DNA of 64,000 bases from Rubripirellula sp. (GTDB taxonomy: Bacteria; Planctomycetota; Planctomycetia; Pirellulales; Pirellulaceae): positions 5,024,001-5,088,000 of the forward strand of contig OZ244207.1 in NCBI GenBank assembly GCA_965216875.1, in the 5' to 3' direction. Under the pieces are notes generated by a model. It saw nothing but the letters and a program-made list of their open reading frames with translations, did no database searches and was not told the origin of the DNA. Made by a program: the position numbers and the translations under genes. This document shows positions 40,494-51,528 of this stretch, piece by piece (within the stretch, counting starts at the first letter, position 1; every line of letters starts with the position of its first letter).

Positions 40494-42185
40494 ATGAGTG
40501 AAGAAGCCGAAGAGAAACGCGAAACCAAGAACTTCGTCGAGCAAGCGATCGAGGCCGACTTGGCCGATGGGCGTTTTCAAGGTGTCTTCACCCGATTTCC
40601 CCCCGAACCCAACGGCTACCTCCACATCGGACACGCCAAAAGCATCTGCCTGAATTTTGGACTCGCCCAAAAATACGACGGCACCTGCAACCTGCGCTTC
40701 GACGATACCAATCCTTCCAAAGAAGAAACCGAGTACGTCGAATCAATCCAGGAAGACATTCGCTGGCTCGGTTTCGAGTGGGACAACCTGCACTTTGCCA
40801 GCGACTACTTTGACCAGCTCTATCAGTGGGCTGAAAAACTGATTCAAAGTGGTGATGCCTACGTCTGTGATCTAACCGGCGAGCAAACACGCGAGTATCG
40901 CGGCACGCTGACCGAACCGGGCAAGAACAGTCCCTTCCGAGATCGCTCGCCGGAAGAGAACCTTGACCTGTTTCGCCAAATGCGCGACGGCAAGTTTGAA
41001 GATGGCTCGCGAACACTACGAGCCAAGATCGACATGGCTTCGCCCAACTTGAACCTGCGCGATCCGGTGATGTACCGAATCCTTCGCGCAACGCATCACC
41101 GCACCGGCGACAAGTGGTGCATCTATCCCATGTATGATTGGGCACACGGACAAAGCGATTCGATCGAGAACATTTCCTTTTCGATCTGCACTCTCGAGTT
41201 TGAAAACCATCGCCCACTCTACGATTGGTTCTGTCAAAAACTCGAAATCCATCACCCACGTCAGATGGAGTTCGCGCGGCTCAACCTGAACTACACCGTG
41301 ATGAGCAAACGAAAGTTGCTCCAACTGGTCAAAGAAGATCGCGTCTCGGGATGGGATGACCCGCGGATGCCAACGATCTCTGGCTTAAGACGACGCGGGT
41401 ACACACCTGAATCGATTCGCAACTTTGCCACCGACGTTGGTGTTGCCAAATTCAACAGCACGATCGACATCATTCGCTTGGAAAACTCGGTTCGCGAACA
41501 TCTGAACAAAGTCGCGTTGCGACGGATGGCTGTGCTTGATCCCGTCAAATTGACGATCACGAATTGGCCGGAAGACAATACCGAGATGACCGAGGCAATC
41601 AACAACCCCGAAGATCCTCAGGCGGGTAAACGCGAAGTTCCTTTCTCGCGAAATCTGTTGATCGAGCGAGCCGACTTTCGCGAAGAGGCACCGCGCAAGT
41701 ACTTCCGACTCAAAAAGGGCGGGGCAGTGCGGTTGCGAGCCGGCTACATCATCGACTGCCAAGACGTCGTCAAAGATGACGATGGCAACATCATCGAAAT
41801 CCTTTGCACCTACGACCCCGAAACCAAGAGCGGTTCAGACACTTCTGGACGCAAGGTCAAAGGCACGATCCACTGGGTCAGTGCCGACCACGCTGCCGAA
41901 GTCGAAGTGCGTACCTACGACCGATTGTTCGGCGTCGAAAATCCAAACAACACCGAGGAAGGCCAGACCTTCCTTGACCACCTGAACCCAAACTCACTTT
42001 CTGTTGAAACCGCCTACGTCGAACCGGCACTTGGCCAGGCGAAGGTCGACGACCGCGTTCAGTTCGAACGCCTTGGCTATTACGTTGTCGACAAGGACAG
42101 CAGCGACGACAAACTCGTCTTCAACCGCATCGTGCCACTACGCGACAGCTGGGGCAAAATGGAAGCGAAAGGCAAAACCAACTAA
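40494..42185 (+). CDS. glnS: Glutamine--tRNA ligase
   Basis: [32 protein letters not shown] and QFERLGY. Confidence 0.95.
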   Translation: MSEEAEEKRETKNFVEQAIEADLADGRFQGVFTRFPPEPNGYLHIGHAKSICLNFGLAQKYDGTCNLRFDDTNPSKEETEYVESIQEDIRWLGFEWDNLHFASDYFDQLYQWAEKLIQSGDAYVCDLTGEQTREYRGTLTEPGKNSPFRDRSPEENLDLFRQMRDGKFEDGSRTLRAKIDMASPNLNLRDPVMYRILRATHHRTGDKWCIYPMYDWAHGQSDSIENISFSICTLEFENHRPLYDWFCQKLEIHHPRQMEFARLNLNYTVMSKRKLLQLVKEDRVSGWDDPRMPTISGLRRRGYTPESIRNFATDVGVAKFNSTIDIIRLENSVREHLNKVALRRMAVLDPVKLTITNWPEDNTEMTEAINNPEDPQAGKREVPFSRNLLIERADFREEAPRKYFRLKKGGAVRLRAGYIIDCQDVVKDDDGNIIEILCTYDPETKSGSDTSGRKVKGTIHWVSADHAAEVEVRTYDRLFGVENPNNTEEGQTFLDHLNPNSLSVETAYVEPALGQAKVDDRVQFERLGYYVVDKDSSDDKLVFNRIVPLRDSWGKMEAKGKTN

Positions 42186-42233
42186 GGAAGCTTGGTGGCA
42201 AACCAGTAAAGCCTCGCCCTCACGCGCAGAGGC

Positions 42234-43292
42234 TCACGCCATCAAACGCCGAATACGCTGCCGCCAACCCTTCCGGCGAGCGGATTTGCGTCCGGACGGC
42301 CGGTACTTGAGACGGTACATCGCTTCGGCCAAAGACTCCGCCTGAGGTGCTGCTAGAGTCATCGTCGATCCCGAATTGGAATGCTTGGCCGGCGGTGATT
42401 TCAGAACATTGACCAATGCGTTGTGCATCTCGGCCGCACTTCGAAACCGTTGCGAAGGGTCCTTGGCCATCGCGCGAAGACAGAGGGTGTCCAGTCGCGG
42501 GTCGAGCCCCTGACGGATCTCGGTCGGCGCCTCAGGCGTTTGCAAAAGCACGTGCGAGTAGATCTCGGGAACCGCGCCACCAAACGGGCGGCAACCGGTG
42601 AGCATCTGGTAAAGAATCGTGCCCAGACCATAAACGTCGGTCGCCGGTCCAATCTGATTGACCGCACCACGCACTTGCTCGGGAGCCATGTAGGCGGGTG
42701 AACCGAGCAACCGCGGTCGTTGGTCGTTCCAAATCCGATCGCCCACGCGTTTGGCCAAGCCAAAGTCGGTGATAACGGGGTCGGCATCGGCTCGCATCAA
42801 GATATTCGCTGGCTTCAGATCGCGATGGACAACGCCCGCTCGGTGCGCTGCGGTCAAAGCGGCCGCGACTCGGATGGCGACACGAATCGCTTTTTCAGGT
42901 GGCAAGCCATTGCCCGAAATCTGCTGGTCCAGTGTTTCGCCAGCGATGTACTGCATCACGATAAAGGGACGACCATTGTCCGAATCAACATCGTAAAGAG
43001 GGCAGATGTGGGCGTGAGTCACTGCCGCCGCGGCGCGTGCTTCTCGATAGATTCGACTCCGATCGGCATCGCTTGATGCGCGGTGAGGAATCTTCAATGC
43101 GACGCGTCGATCCAACGCCGAATCGTGCGCAAGGTAGACCGTTCCCATGCCGCCGCGCCCAAGCGGACGGACCAATTCATAGCGTCCGATCCAACCTGGA
43201 AAGGCCGCATCTTCACCAAAGGGAAGAACGTCAGGCGTCTCGAGTGAAAGAAGCTTGCTCCAATCCGAACCTTGTTTGATGGGTTGAACCAC
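42234..43292 (-). CDS. Soluble Hanks-type Ser/Thr kinase
   Basis: LGRGGMG, VALK, HRDLKPAN, DFG and YMAPEQ. Confidence 0.92.
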   Translation of the reverse strand: MVQPIKQGSDWSKLLSLETPDVLPFGEDAAFPGWIGRYELVRPLGRGGMGTVYLAHDSALDRRVALKIPHRASSDADRSRIYREARAAAAVTHAHICPLYDVDSDNGRPFIVMQYIAGETLDQQISGNGLPPEKAIRVAIRVAAALTAAHRAGVVHRDLKPANILMRADADPVITDFGLAKRVGDRIWNDQRPRLLGSPAYMAPEQVRGAVNQIGPATDVYGLGTILYQMLTGCRPFGGAVPEIYSHVLLQTPEAPTEIRQGLDPRLDTLCLRAMAKDPSQRFRSAAEMHNALVNVLKSPPAKHSNSGSTMTLAAPQAESLAEAMYRLKYRPSGRKSARRKGWRQRIRRLMA

Positions 43293-43295
43293 AAC

Positions 43296-44303
43296 CTACG
43301 CTCCTTCCTTCCGAGTGTACGCAATCAACGCCTGATGAAACTCCGAAGCCGACGCGAAACGTCCTTGGTCGGCCGGTGCCAGGCCGCGATCAATCACTTC
43401 ACATAATCCCGCCGGCAAATCACTTCGGCGTCGAGAGATGGAAATGGGCTGTCCCTCAATCACCCGTGACAGTGGTGTGGGCGTCAGCTGCGATTCCTGA
43501 TGTGGATGCATCCCCGTCAAGTAGAAATAGAGCACGGCCGCGGTCGAATAGAGATCACACGCGGTGGTCGCGTCCCTCGAGTTGCGAAGTTGCTCGGGCG
43601 ACATGAATGCGATCGTGCCACGCATCTCACCCTCATGCGTGATGCCGCTGAGTCCGGCTTGTCGAACATCTTTCGAGATTCCAAAATCGGCCAACTTGAT
43701 TCCGATTTTGTGATCCTGCCTCGCGTTTCGATAAACCAACACATTCGCCGGCTTGATGTCGCGGTGCACGATGCTCTGACCATGAGCATGGTCGAGCGCC
43801 TCCAAGATGTAGCAGCCAATCCCGCAAACGAGCCGTATCTGTTGCTTGGCCGGACATTCGACGAGCTCACGTCGCAGGTCGATTGTCTTGACGTACTCCA
43901 TCGCCATAAACAACTGACCGTCGATGCTTCCGAAGTCGCGCACTCGAATGATCCGTGAATGATTCAAACGGCTAAGGATCGACATCTCGCGCAGGAAGAA
44001 GTTGCGATCTTTTTCATGGGAACGGGTCGGATCGCATCGACGGACCAGTTTCAGTGCAACCTTTTCTCCGGTCGCTTCGTTGAAGGCACAAAAGACATCC
44101 CCCATCGAGCCGCTCGCGATGGGGTGAAGGATCCGGTACGAACCAACGCGCGGAGGCTCGGCGGGGACCACTGCGTCGACCGTATCGTAGGGATCGGTCG
44201 TTTCACTACTGGCCGCCGAAGGGGTGGACGCCGCGCCAGGAGATGCATGAAAAGGTGAGTCGAAAACCTGCATGCGATCCTCCGGACGTTGCTGGCGATT
44301 CAT
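43296..44303 (-). CDS. Soluble Hanks-type Ser/Thr kinase
   Basis: IASGSMG, VALK, HRDIKPAN, DFG and GTIAFMSPEQ. Confidence 0.92.
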   Translation of the reverse strand: MNRQQRPEDRMQVFDSPFHASPGAASTPSAASSETTDPYDTVDAVVPAEPPRVGSYRILHPIASGSMGDVFCAFNEATGEKVALKLVRRCDPTRSHEKDRNFFLREMSILSRLNHSRIIRVRDFGSIDGQLFMAMEYVKTIDLRRELVECPAKQQIRLVCGIGCYILEALDHAHGQSIVHRDIKPANVLVYRNARQDHKIGIKLADFGISKDVRQAGLSGITHEGEMRGTIAFMSPEQLRNSRDATTACDLYSTAAVLYFYLTGMHPHQESQLTPTPLSRVIEGQPISISRRRSDLPAGLCEVIDRGLAPADQGRFASASEFHQALIAYTRKEGA

Positions 44304-44490
44304 TGCGAGCTAAAGGGTTTTGGTTGCAAACGGCGCGTTGAGGGCCTGTGTCCCCCTCTCGTTTTTCAAGGGCGTTCAAGGCTGCAGAGTCGTAAACGCC
44401 TGCCAAGAGATCGAATCCACAGGGCACGTCCCTTTGGGGCAACTTTTTTCCTGCCGCGCAACGGTTTTCACCCCCGTGCCCCCGCAAGGC

Positions 44491-44638
44491 GTCGCCACCT
44501 ACGCCAGAAGGTGGGGTTGCGCAGAGTTCGTAGTACCGAGCTTCAGCCGGAATCTTCAGGCCCTTCCGCCTAAAGGCGGGACTACAAACAACGTGAGCCC
44601 ACCGTATGTCATGCCCGACGCTAGCGCGTTCGGCTCAC
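44491..44638. repeat. Mosaic REP cluster (C, E pair, D)
   Basis: GCCAGAAGGTGGG; GTAGTACCGAGC...GGCGGGACTAC; GCCCGACGCTAGCGCGTTCGGCTCAC. Confidence 0.82.
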
Positions 44639-45360
44639 TGGTTTTTCGCTGAGAGATCGATTCGCCAGTAACTTCCCGACGCATCGATCACATGCCGAGC
44701 GAGATTGAACCAGCGCGCGGCCGAATCGAGGATCTGGCTGTCGGCGGACACGACGATTTCTGGCGACACCTTCAAGTCGGCATCAGGGTCGGACACTAGC
44801 TGGGCATCCCAATTCCATCCATTGGCCTCGGCCACTTCGCGTAGCATCGTCTTGAGACGACCGCTGTTGGAGACCGGTTGATCGAGAAGCCAATGACAAC
44901 CGCTCGCGCCAAAACGCTCCGCCATACGACCAATCATCTCAATCGACGCCAACGTTTCATCCACGCGTTTGTAGGTTCCATGCATGCTGGCCATGTCTCG
45001 AAAGCTGCCATCGCGTCCTACAAGGATCACCCCACCAGACAACGCTGCTTCGACGGTCGTCAGGAGGTTGAAGCCGTCGATCCAGAGCGTATGTCCCACA
45101 AGGTCATCTGCCTCGAGTTCCGTCGATTTGCGTTGTTCGCGTTGATCATCACTGCAGGCGGACCGGGCGACCGCAATTCGCTGGCGCGCGTCGAGGTTGT
45201 ACCGATCGCCAACCAACTTCAACGACGAGGTGACGGCGTAGCCGTGCGACAAGAGCCAACTCAAATCGTCCGTGGCCGACTGAATCCGCGGTACCTGATC
45301 CTTTGCAAAGAGGCGATCGTCTTCGGGATGGGGCCCGCGGTGTCGACGTTGGTCTGGCAC
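44635..45360 (-). CDS. DUF434-domain protein
   Basis: RRHRG.HPED, LVGDRYNL, IDGFN, GRDG..RDMA and VSNSG. Confidence 0.82.
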   Translation of the reverse strand: MPDQRRHRGPHPEDDRLFAKDQVPRIQSATDDLSWLLSHGYAVTSSLKLVGDRYNLDARQRIAVARSACSDDQREQRKSTELEADDLVGHTLWIDGFNLLTTVEAALSGGVILVGRDGSFRDMASMHGTYKRVDETLASIEMIGRMAERFGASGCHWLLDQPVSNSGRLKTMLREVAEANGWNWDAQLVSDPDADLKVSPEIVVSADSQILDSAARWFNLARHVIDASGSYWRIDLSAKNQ

Positions 45361-45597
45361 AATCTTCCTTTGGCTTGTTCGATGCTTCCACGGTCAGTTT
45401 TGGACGGCCGGAGTCCGACACGGTTTGTCGCACTTTCTGTTTCGATCGTCATTCGGTTCGTGCGATCCACTAAAATGCAATCGAAGGCCGAATGCGAGTG
45501 TTAACACGACAACCTCAACACTCGCATGTGCTCACCGCAGTGGCGTACCACCACACCAGAGACGCATTCCCGCAACCGTGTTCAGAGTAAACCTGTC

Positions 45598-46146
45598 ATG
45601 AAATTGATCGTCAAGCGAATTTGCGTGCCAACCGACTTTAGCGAAGCGGCCGACCATGCTGTCCATTACGCCGCAGCATTGGCCGAGATGCATGGCGCCG
45701 CGTTGCATCTGCTGCACGTGATCGAGCATGCCGGCCCACTCGTCCATCACCCTGACTTTACAGGTGGTGGTGAAATCGCGCGTGCCTATTTCAACCAGCT
45801 CGACCAGGCGGCGGCGGACGCCGAGAAGAGTGGCGAGGAAAAACCGATTCCCGAATTACTTCAAACGATCGCCTCAGGCGCCTCGGGCAGTATGGAATCG
45901 CTGGGGAAACCCTGGTGGGAAAACCTGACCATCCACCGAGATATTCGCTACGGAAACGCTGCGAAGGAGATCAATCACTACGTCGAAAAGCACGAGATTG
46001 ATTTGGTTGTGATGGGAACACACGGGCATTCCAAACTTGCCACCGTGCTGCTTGGAAGCGTTACCGAACGAACCGTACGCACCTGCAGTTGCCCAGTGAC
46101 GGTGATCCGCCATCCCGAACACCAATACGAAGTGACCGAAGAATAG
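45598..46146 (+). CDS. Universal stress protein
   Basis: VPTDFS...LLHV...DLVVMGTHG...LGSVTERTVRTCSCPV. Confidence 0.92.
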   Translation: MKLIVKRICVPTDFSEAADHAVHYAAALAEMHGAALHLLHVIEHAGPLVHHPDFTGGGEIARAYFNQLDQAAADAEKSGEEKPIPELLQTIASGASGSMESLGKPWWENLTIHRDIRYGNAAKEINHYVEKHEIDLVVMGTHGHSKLATVLLGSVTERTVRTCSCPVTVIRHPEHQYEVTEE

Positions 46147-46161
46147 GGCGTGGTTTTTGCT

Positions 46162-46373
46162 CGGGACGCGGAGCGTCCGCAAGTGGTTACCACGCAGAGC
46201 GGGGTAACGAGGGCAGAGAGCGGGGCTACAAACGGCATCAGCCGCTACGCGATAGCGTGCGGTTCTCCTATCGAGCCGTTCGAAAACCGCGAGCTATCGC
46301 TCTTCATAGTCGCCTTTCGCTCCGCGAAAGTAGCGCCCACAAACGCAACTTTCGCGGAGCGAAAGGCGACTAT
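46162..46373. repeat. Mosaic REP cluster (F, K, M)
   Basis: GGGACGCGGAGCGTCC; CATCAGCCGC; long inverted repeat ATAGTCGCCTTTCGCTCCGCGAAAGT/ACTTTCGCGGAGCGAAAGGCGACTAT at 46306-46373. Confidence 0.82.
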
Positions 46374-46390
46374 CCAATACTGACCGCGCA

Positions 46391-46454
46391 ACAAAAATGG
46401 GCTAACACCCAAGGGCTGATGCTGCCTAATTCATCAGCCGCGTGGTGTTAGCCC
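46391..46454 (-). terminator. Probable recA terminator
   Basis: GGGCTAACACC/GGTGTTAGCCC stem with inner GGCTGATG/CATCAGCC stem, then ATTTTTG on the minus strand. Confidence 0.6.
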
Positions 46455-46479
46455 TTCGTTGGTAGTTCGATCGACTGTG

Positions 46480-47592
46480 TTAGCTGTTGGGAATCTCCGC
46501 CGTTTCAGCATCTTCCTCAACTGGTTCAGCTTCGACTTCTTCCGGCGCGGCCAAACCGCCAGCGACCAACACCTTCTGGCGGATCTCTTCAGCGACGTCG
46601 GTATTTTCGATCAAGAAGTTTCGAGCCTTCTCTTTGCCCTGGCCGAGGTACGTTTCGCCGTACTTGAACCATGAACCGCTGCGCGAAACGACTTTGTGCG
46701 TTGTCCCGAGATCCAACAAGTCACCTTCGTAACTGATCCCGTTACTGTGCATCATGTCGAACTCGGCGATGCGGAACGGAGGCGCCACTTTGTTCTTGAC
46801 GATCTTCGATTTGACTCGTTGGCCAACTTGCTCTTCGCCATCTTTAAGTGCACCAATTCGGCGTACATCAATCCGGCAAGAACTGTAGAACTTCAACGCA
46901 CGACCACCCGGAGTCGTTTCGGGGCTGCCGAACATCACACCCACTTTTTCACGAATCTGGTTGATGAAGATCACGGAACATTTGCTCTTGGCAATTGCAC
47001 CGGTCAGCTTTCGCATCGCTTGACTCATCAGACGAGCTTGCAAACCAACGTGGCTGTCACCAATTTCGCCTTCGAGTTCTTTCTTTGGCACCAAGGCAGC
47101 AACGGAGTCGACGACAATCACGTCGACCGCATTACTCTTGACCAACATTTCGCAAATCTGCATCGCCTCTTCGCCAGAACCAGGTTGGCTGACCAGAAGT
47201 GTGTCGAGTTCAACACCCAGTTTCTTGGCCCAACTCGGGTCGAACGCGTGTTCTGCGTCGATGATCGCCGCGATTCCACCGTCCTTTTGTGCTTCCCCAC
47301 AAACGTGAAGCGCCAAAGTGGTTTTACCGCTCGATTCAGGTCCATAAATTTCGATGATGCGGCCGCGCGGAATACCTTGACCGCCCAGTGCCATGTCGAG
47401 ACTGAGACTGCCTGTGGAAATGCCATCAATCGATAGCTGCTGGGAAGCTCCCAAAGGCATGATCGACCCGTCACCAAAGGTCTTTTCGATCTGCTGGAGG
47501 GTCGTTTTGAGTCCAGGCTCGCGTTTGAGCACTTCCTCAAGACCTGGATCCACCTTCTCTTTTGCCGCCGATTTCGTTGATTTCTTGGCCAT
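46480..47592 (-). CDS. recA: Recombinase RecA
   Basis: [23 protein letters not shown] and GGRALKFY. Confidence 0.98.
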   Translation of the reverse strand: MAKKSTKSAAKEKVDPGLEEVLKREPGLKTTLQQIEKTFGDGSIMPLGASQQLSIDGISTGSLSLDMALGGQGIPRGRIIEIYGPESSGKTTLALHVCGEAQKDGGIAAIIDAEHAFDPSWAKKLGVELDTLLVSQPGSGEEAMQICEMLVKSNAVDVIVVDSVAALVPKKELEGEIGDSHVGLQARLMSQAMRKLTGAIAKSKCSVIFINQIREKVGVMFGSPETTPGGRALKFYSSCRIDVRRIGALKDGEEQVGQRVKSKIVKNKVAPPFRIAEFDMMHSNGISYEGDLLDLGTTHKVVSRSGSWFKYGETYLGQGKEKARNFLIENTDVAEEIRQKVLVAGGLAAPEEVEAEPVEEDAETAEIPNS

Positions 47593-47874
47593 TCCCTCTG
47601 TTCCTCTTCCTGAAATACGGTTTCAAGGTCTCACCAAACTGTCATCCAATCGACGCAGCCACAATGGTGAACATACATATATTACCGATCGAGTGGGTCC
47701 GTCACAACCAAGGTTTTTCATTTCAGTCCAGACGGGCAACCAACTTGAACAATGTAAGTATTGGCAGTGCCCAGGACACGTCTGGTCAAAGGCGGAAAGA
47801 GCTTTTTTTCGTCGCTACCTCACCCTGAGCTGAACGCGAGTGCTACAGGCTGCGATTGCGTTAGGCTTCGAAAA

Positions 47875-48178
47875 CACTCTCCCTTGGGAGAGTCGGGCTC
47901 TAAGGCCCGGAGAGGGTCTTTTGCAACGGTTATTCCCTCCCCGGACTTTGCGTCCGACCCTCCCGCAAGCGGGAGGGTGATTGTTGGAGCGCGCGTTGCG
48001 CGACACCATCAGCCGCAGAGCGATAGCTCGCGGTTTTGATGATTGGCGGACGGCAGCAACCGCACGCTATCGCGTTGCGGCTGAGGGTTGATCGCGGCTC
48101 ACAGGTGAGCGGCTAGGCGCTAGCCGGTATTCCTAATGGCCAATCCAGCAAGGCCCGACGCTAGCGCGCTAGGCTCAC
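47875..48178. repeat. Mosaic REP cluster (H, K, D-like, D)
   Basis: Family H at 47875-47980, K at 48007-48084, GTGAGCGGCTAGGCGCTAGCC and GGCCCGACGCTAGCGCGCTAGGCTCAC. Confidence 0.82.
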
Positions 48179-51100
48179 ATTGCGCCTTCTTTGATCAACT
48201 GGATTAGGTCTTCGGTTTCCATGCGGGCCGCGCGATCGGTTCCGTCGAGAACACCGGCAACGAGTTCACGTTTGTCGGCATGCAGACTCAGGATCTGTTC
48301 TTCGATCGTGCCTTCGGCCACGAGGCGATAAACGGTCACGGGTCGTTGTTGGCCGATTCGATGAGCGCGGTCGGTCGCTTGATCTTCCACGGCGGGATTC
48401 CACCACGGATCGAGATGGATCACATAGTCGGCTGCGGTCAAATTCAAACCGGTTCCGCCCGCTTTGAGTGAAATCAGGAACAGGTCACCTTCGCCTTCTT
48501 GGAAAGCGTCGACTCGTCGTTGTCGTTCCTTTGCCGGCGTTGAACCATCAAGGTACTGGTACTGGATACCGTTCTCATCAAGGGTCTCGCGAATCACTTC
48601 GAGGTGCTTGACGAATTGGCTAAACACCAAAGCGCGGTGATCGCCTTCACGCAGTTCATCGATCAGTTCCATCAACAGGTCAAGCTTCGCCGAACTCTTC
48701 TTCCACGTTTTGTCGACCAACCGCGGATGGCAAGCCAATTGGCGGAGTTGCGTCAGCCACGCGAGCGTGCGAATTCGCTTCTGGCCTTTTTGTTGATCAT
48801 CACCGGCACCACTTAGCTCGGCCAAGGCAGCAATCCGAGCGTCTTCGTATCGCTTGCGTTCCGCTTTGCTGAGCTCGGCCTGCAACGTGATTTCGGTGCG
48901 CGATGGCAACTCTTTGAGCACGTTGTTTTTTGTTCGACGCAAGATGAACGGACGCACCAAACGTGCCAGCGATTGGCGGCGGTCGTCGTCCTTGTGACGT
49001 TCGATTGGATCGGCAAAACGATTTCGAAAACGATCCCACGAACCGAGCAAACCGGGGCTGATCGTGCGAAACAAACTCCAAAGTTCACCGAGGTGATTTT
49101 CGAGCGGTGTCCCCGACAACCCTAAACGCCAGTTGGCTTCGAGTTTGCGAATCGCTTGTGAAGTTTTGGTTTGCGAGTTCTTGATGAACTGAGCTTCGTC
49201 CAGAACCAACGTATTCCACTCTCGAGAAGCAAATCGCTTCGCATCGCGCTGCAGCAGTTGGTAACTGACAACAACCAAGTCACCAGGCCCGGCGGACTTG
49301 ACCAACGCTTCGCGATCAGAGTCGCGATAGAGCATCGCGTTGAGCTCCGGCGCAAACCGCTGAGTCTCACGCACCCAGTTTTCGCCAACGCTTGTTGGGG
49401 CGACCACGAGCGCGGGCCCCTCAGCAGCACGGTCGATCAACACGCCAAGAGCTTGAACGGTTTTTCCGAGTCCCATGTCATCGGCCAAAACACCACCGAC
49501 TCCCCAGGAAGCCAAGCGTGCCAACCAGCGGTAACCATCGACCTGGTAATCACGCAACTCTGCGTCCAATGTCTCCGGTTGCTCGGGCGTCCAATCCGCC
49601 AGCGAATCGAGTCGCTGAATCGATTGATGCCAACGCGCAGTCGCCTCAAGGGAAACGTCTTCGCCGATCAATTCCGACACGGCGGGGACGGCTGCGTCCG
49701 CAATCTTCATCGATCCGCGGTCGTTGACGACCGAATCGCCAAGTTGCTCGAGTCGCTTTCGGAACGTTTCGCTGATTTTGGCAAACTCACGGTCACCAAC
49801 ACGTACCAGCGCGCGGTTTTCGCGAACGGCGGCCAACAGCTCGGCCAAGGGGACATCGTGTCCATCAAGGTTCACGCTCCCGCTGAGCCCAAACCAATCG
49901 CGGCGATCATCAATCTGAACTCGAAGTGCTGATGGCGTGATTTCGCCGCGCACGCGAATCGTTTCACCTTCGGGCCAGATCAATCGCGGAGTGGAATCAC
50001 CACCGCCGTAGAGCCTGGCCAACAGGTCGAGAGCGATTTCGTCACTCTCGGCCACCCAGCTGTAAATCGACTCGTGCGACAACCTTGTGAGCTCAAACTC
50101 CTCGACGACTTGGTCCGCGTGCATCGTTTCGGCCGTCAGATCGCGTTGCAATCGCACGGGACCTTGTTCGGTCAAACAGGCAACGATCTGGGGCGCGTGA
50201 CCTGGAACTTGTTCCTCGCGAAAACGGGAATCGTGCATCACCAATGCAACATACAAGCCAGCGCCAGCGCGTGGTCGCAGCTCGAAGACCAGCTCCGCCG
50301 AGATCGGTTCGATTGGACCGGCCAATTGAGGCGGAAGATCGACCTTCATCAAATTGTCGACCGATGCGCTCGCCACCGACAATCGTCCCGCGGTTTCAGG
50401 ATCAAGGACAATGTCCGAGAAATCCATCTCCAACAGGTATTCCGTTAACCGAGCGGCCTTAGGGTTGCGCAGCGAGCAAACGATCAGACGATTCCATTGG
50501 TAGTCGGCGATCAACACCACGGGTTCGACAGGACTCGCGTAGCCAAAGGTGACTTCACACTCGTCAAAATTGACCGTCAATCCTGACACGTTGACTTCGG
50601 GCCGAAAGCAAGTCAGCGGTTCATCATCGGGATTGGGCTCGGCTTCCGCTTCATCGCTCTTGGCCGATTCGTCTTCGCGTTCCACGGGAACCAACGACAA
50701 AGCAAGTTCTGCCGACAGCACTTCGACTGGTGTCGCGTCGCCATCGTCCCAAGCGACCGCTTGATGACCGACCAATGCCTGCAGCGCTCGGAACTCCGAG
50801 AAATGATCTTCATTGATGCTGTAGCTTGGTGAAGCGGCGAGCGCAGCGACTTGCCCATCGACCGGGTTGGACGCAAAGTCTCGCTGCAACAGATCGTAGC
50901 CACGGATCTCACGCCCCTTCGTCCAACCTTTGCCGTTCTTGCGCGGACGCTGTTCGTACGGCGTGATCATGATTGGGCAGTAGTATCGCGACGTCGACAG
51001 TCCGATACGCCATTGCAACCGCGTGACTTCTTCTTCGGTCGGCTTGTCGGCCTGATCGGCAATGGCGAGCAACGAGTCAACCAGATCGCGACCGGCGGCG

Positions 51101-51528
51101 ACCGAATCGACTTCGAGTGTGCTAAAGAACTCGACGACTTCGGCGATGCCGCGCCGCGTCAATTGTTCCTGCAACCACCATGCGGCCGCGAGGGAATGGC
51201 TGCAACGTCCGTCGCGTTGAAATTCCGTACATTCACAATGAGGCGTCGAGATGAGTTCGATGTCGAACGGTGCGCCGTCAAAATCATCGTCCTCTTCGGC
51301 TTGATTCGGAGCGATTGCAATGACCGTCGCAACAGGCTGTTGCCGATTGCCGACAATGCGAAACTCGAACCGCAGCTCAGGACCATTGGATGAAAAAGAC
51401 GGCGACTCGACCGTCATCATCGCTGCGCGTTTATCAAGTGATCCGTCGTGAGAGTCGACCAACCGTTCGGCTGCTTCGGCGACCAATAGGCCAAACGCAC
51501 CCACAGCTTCACTGGACATCAAATCCAT
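48175..51528 (-). CDS. SNF2-family helicase with SWIM zinc finger
   Basis: CEC...CSH SWIM; LADDMGLGKT, DEAQ, SGTPLEN, SLKAGGTGLNL and QATDRAHRIGQ; start uncertain. Confidence 0.92.
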   Translation of the reverse strand: MDLMSSEAVGAFGLLVAEAAERLVDSHDGSLDKRAAMMTVESPSFSSNGPELRFEFRIVGNRQQPVATVIAIAPNQAEEDDDFDGAPFDIELISTPHCECTEFQRDGRCSHSLAAAWWLQEQLTRRGIAEVVEFFSTLEVDSVAAGRDLVDSLLAIADQADKPTEEEVTRLQWRIGLSTSRYYCPIMITPYEQRPRKNGKGWTKGREIRGYDLLQRDFASNPVDGQVAALAASPSYSINEDHFSEFRALQALVGHQAVAWDDGDATPVEVLSAELALSLVPVEREDESAKSDEAEAEPNPDDEPLTCFRPEVNVSGLTVNFDECEVTFGYASPVEPVVLIADYQWNRLIVCSLRNPKAARLTEYLLEMDFSDIVLDPETAGRLSVASASVDNLMKVDLPPQLAGPIEPISAELVFELRPRAGAGLYVALVMHDSRFREEQVPGHAPQIVACLTEQGPVRLQRDLTAETMHADQVVEEFELTRLSHESIYSWVAESDEIALDLLARLYGGGDSTPRLIWPEGETIRVRGEITPSALRVQIDDRRDWFGLSGSVNLDGHDVPLAELLAAVRENRALVRVGDREFAKISETFRKRLEQLGDSVVNDRGSMKIADAAVPAVSELIGEDVSLEATARWHQSIQRLDSLADWTPEQPETLDAELRDYQVDGYRWLARLASWGVGGVLADDMGLGKTVQALGVLIDRAAEGPALVVAPTSVGENWVRETQRFAPELNAMLYRDSDREALVKSAGPGDLVVVSYQLLQRDAKRFASREWNTLVLDEAQFIKNSQTKTSQAIRKLEANWRLGLSGTPLENHLGELWSLFRTISPGLLGSWDRFRNRFADPIERHKDDDRRQSLARLVRPFILRRTKNNVLKELPSRTEITLQAELSKAERKRYEDARIAALAELSGAGDDQQKGQKRIRTLAWLTQLRQLACHPRLVDKTWKKSSAKLDLLMELIDELREGDHRALVFSQFVKHLEVIRETLDENGIQYQYLDGSTPAKERQRRVDAFQEGEGDLFLISLKAGGTGLNLTAADYVIHLDPWWNPAVEDQATDRAHRIGQQRPVTVYRLVAEGTIEEQILSLHADKRELVAGVLDGTDRAARMETEDLIQLIKEGAM

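Noticed and set aside
35015..42185. Presence of both gltX and glnS
   Set aside because: The direct glutaminylation route is well known and not novel
48175..51528. SNF2 helicase, HNH and DUF434 genes as a defence system
   Set aside because: They are dispersed among core genes, with no adjacent DNA methylase, nuclease or other defence partners
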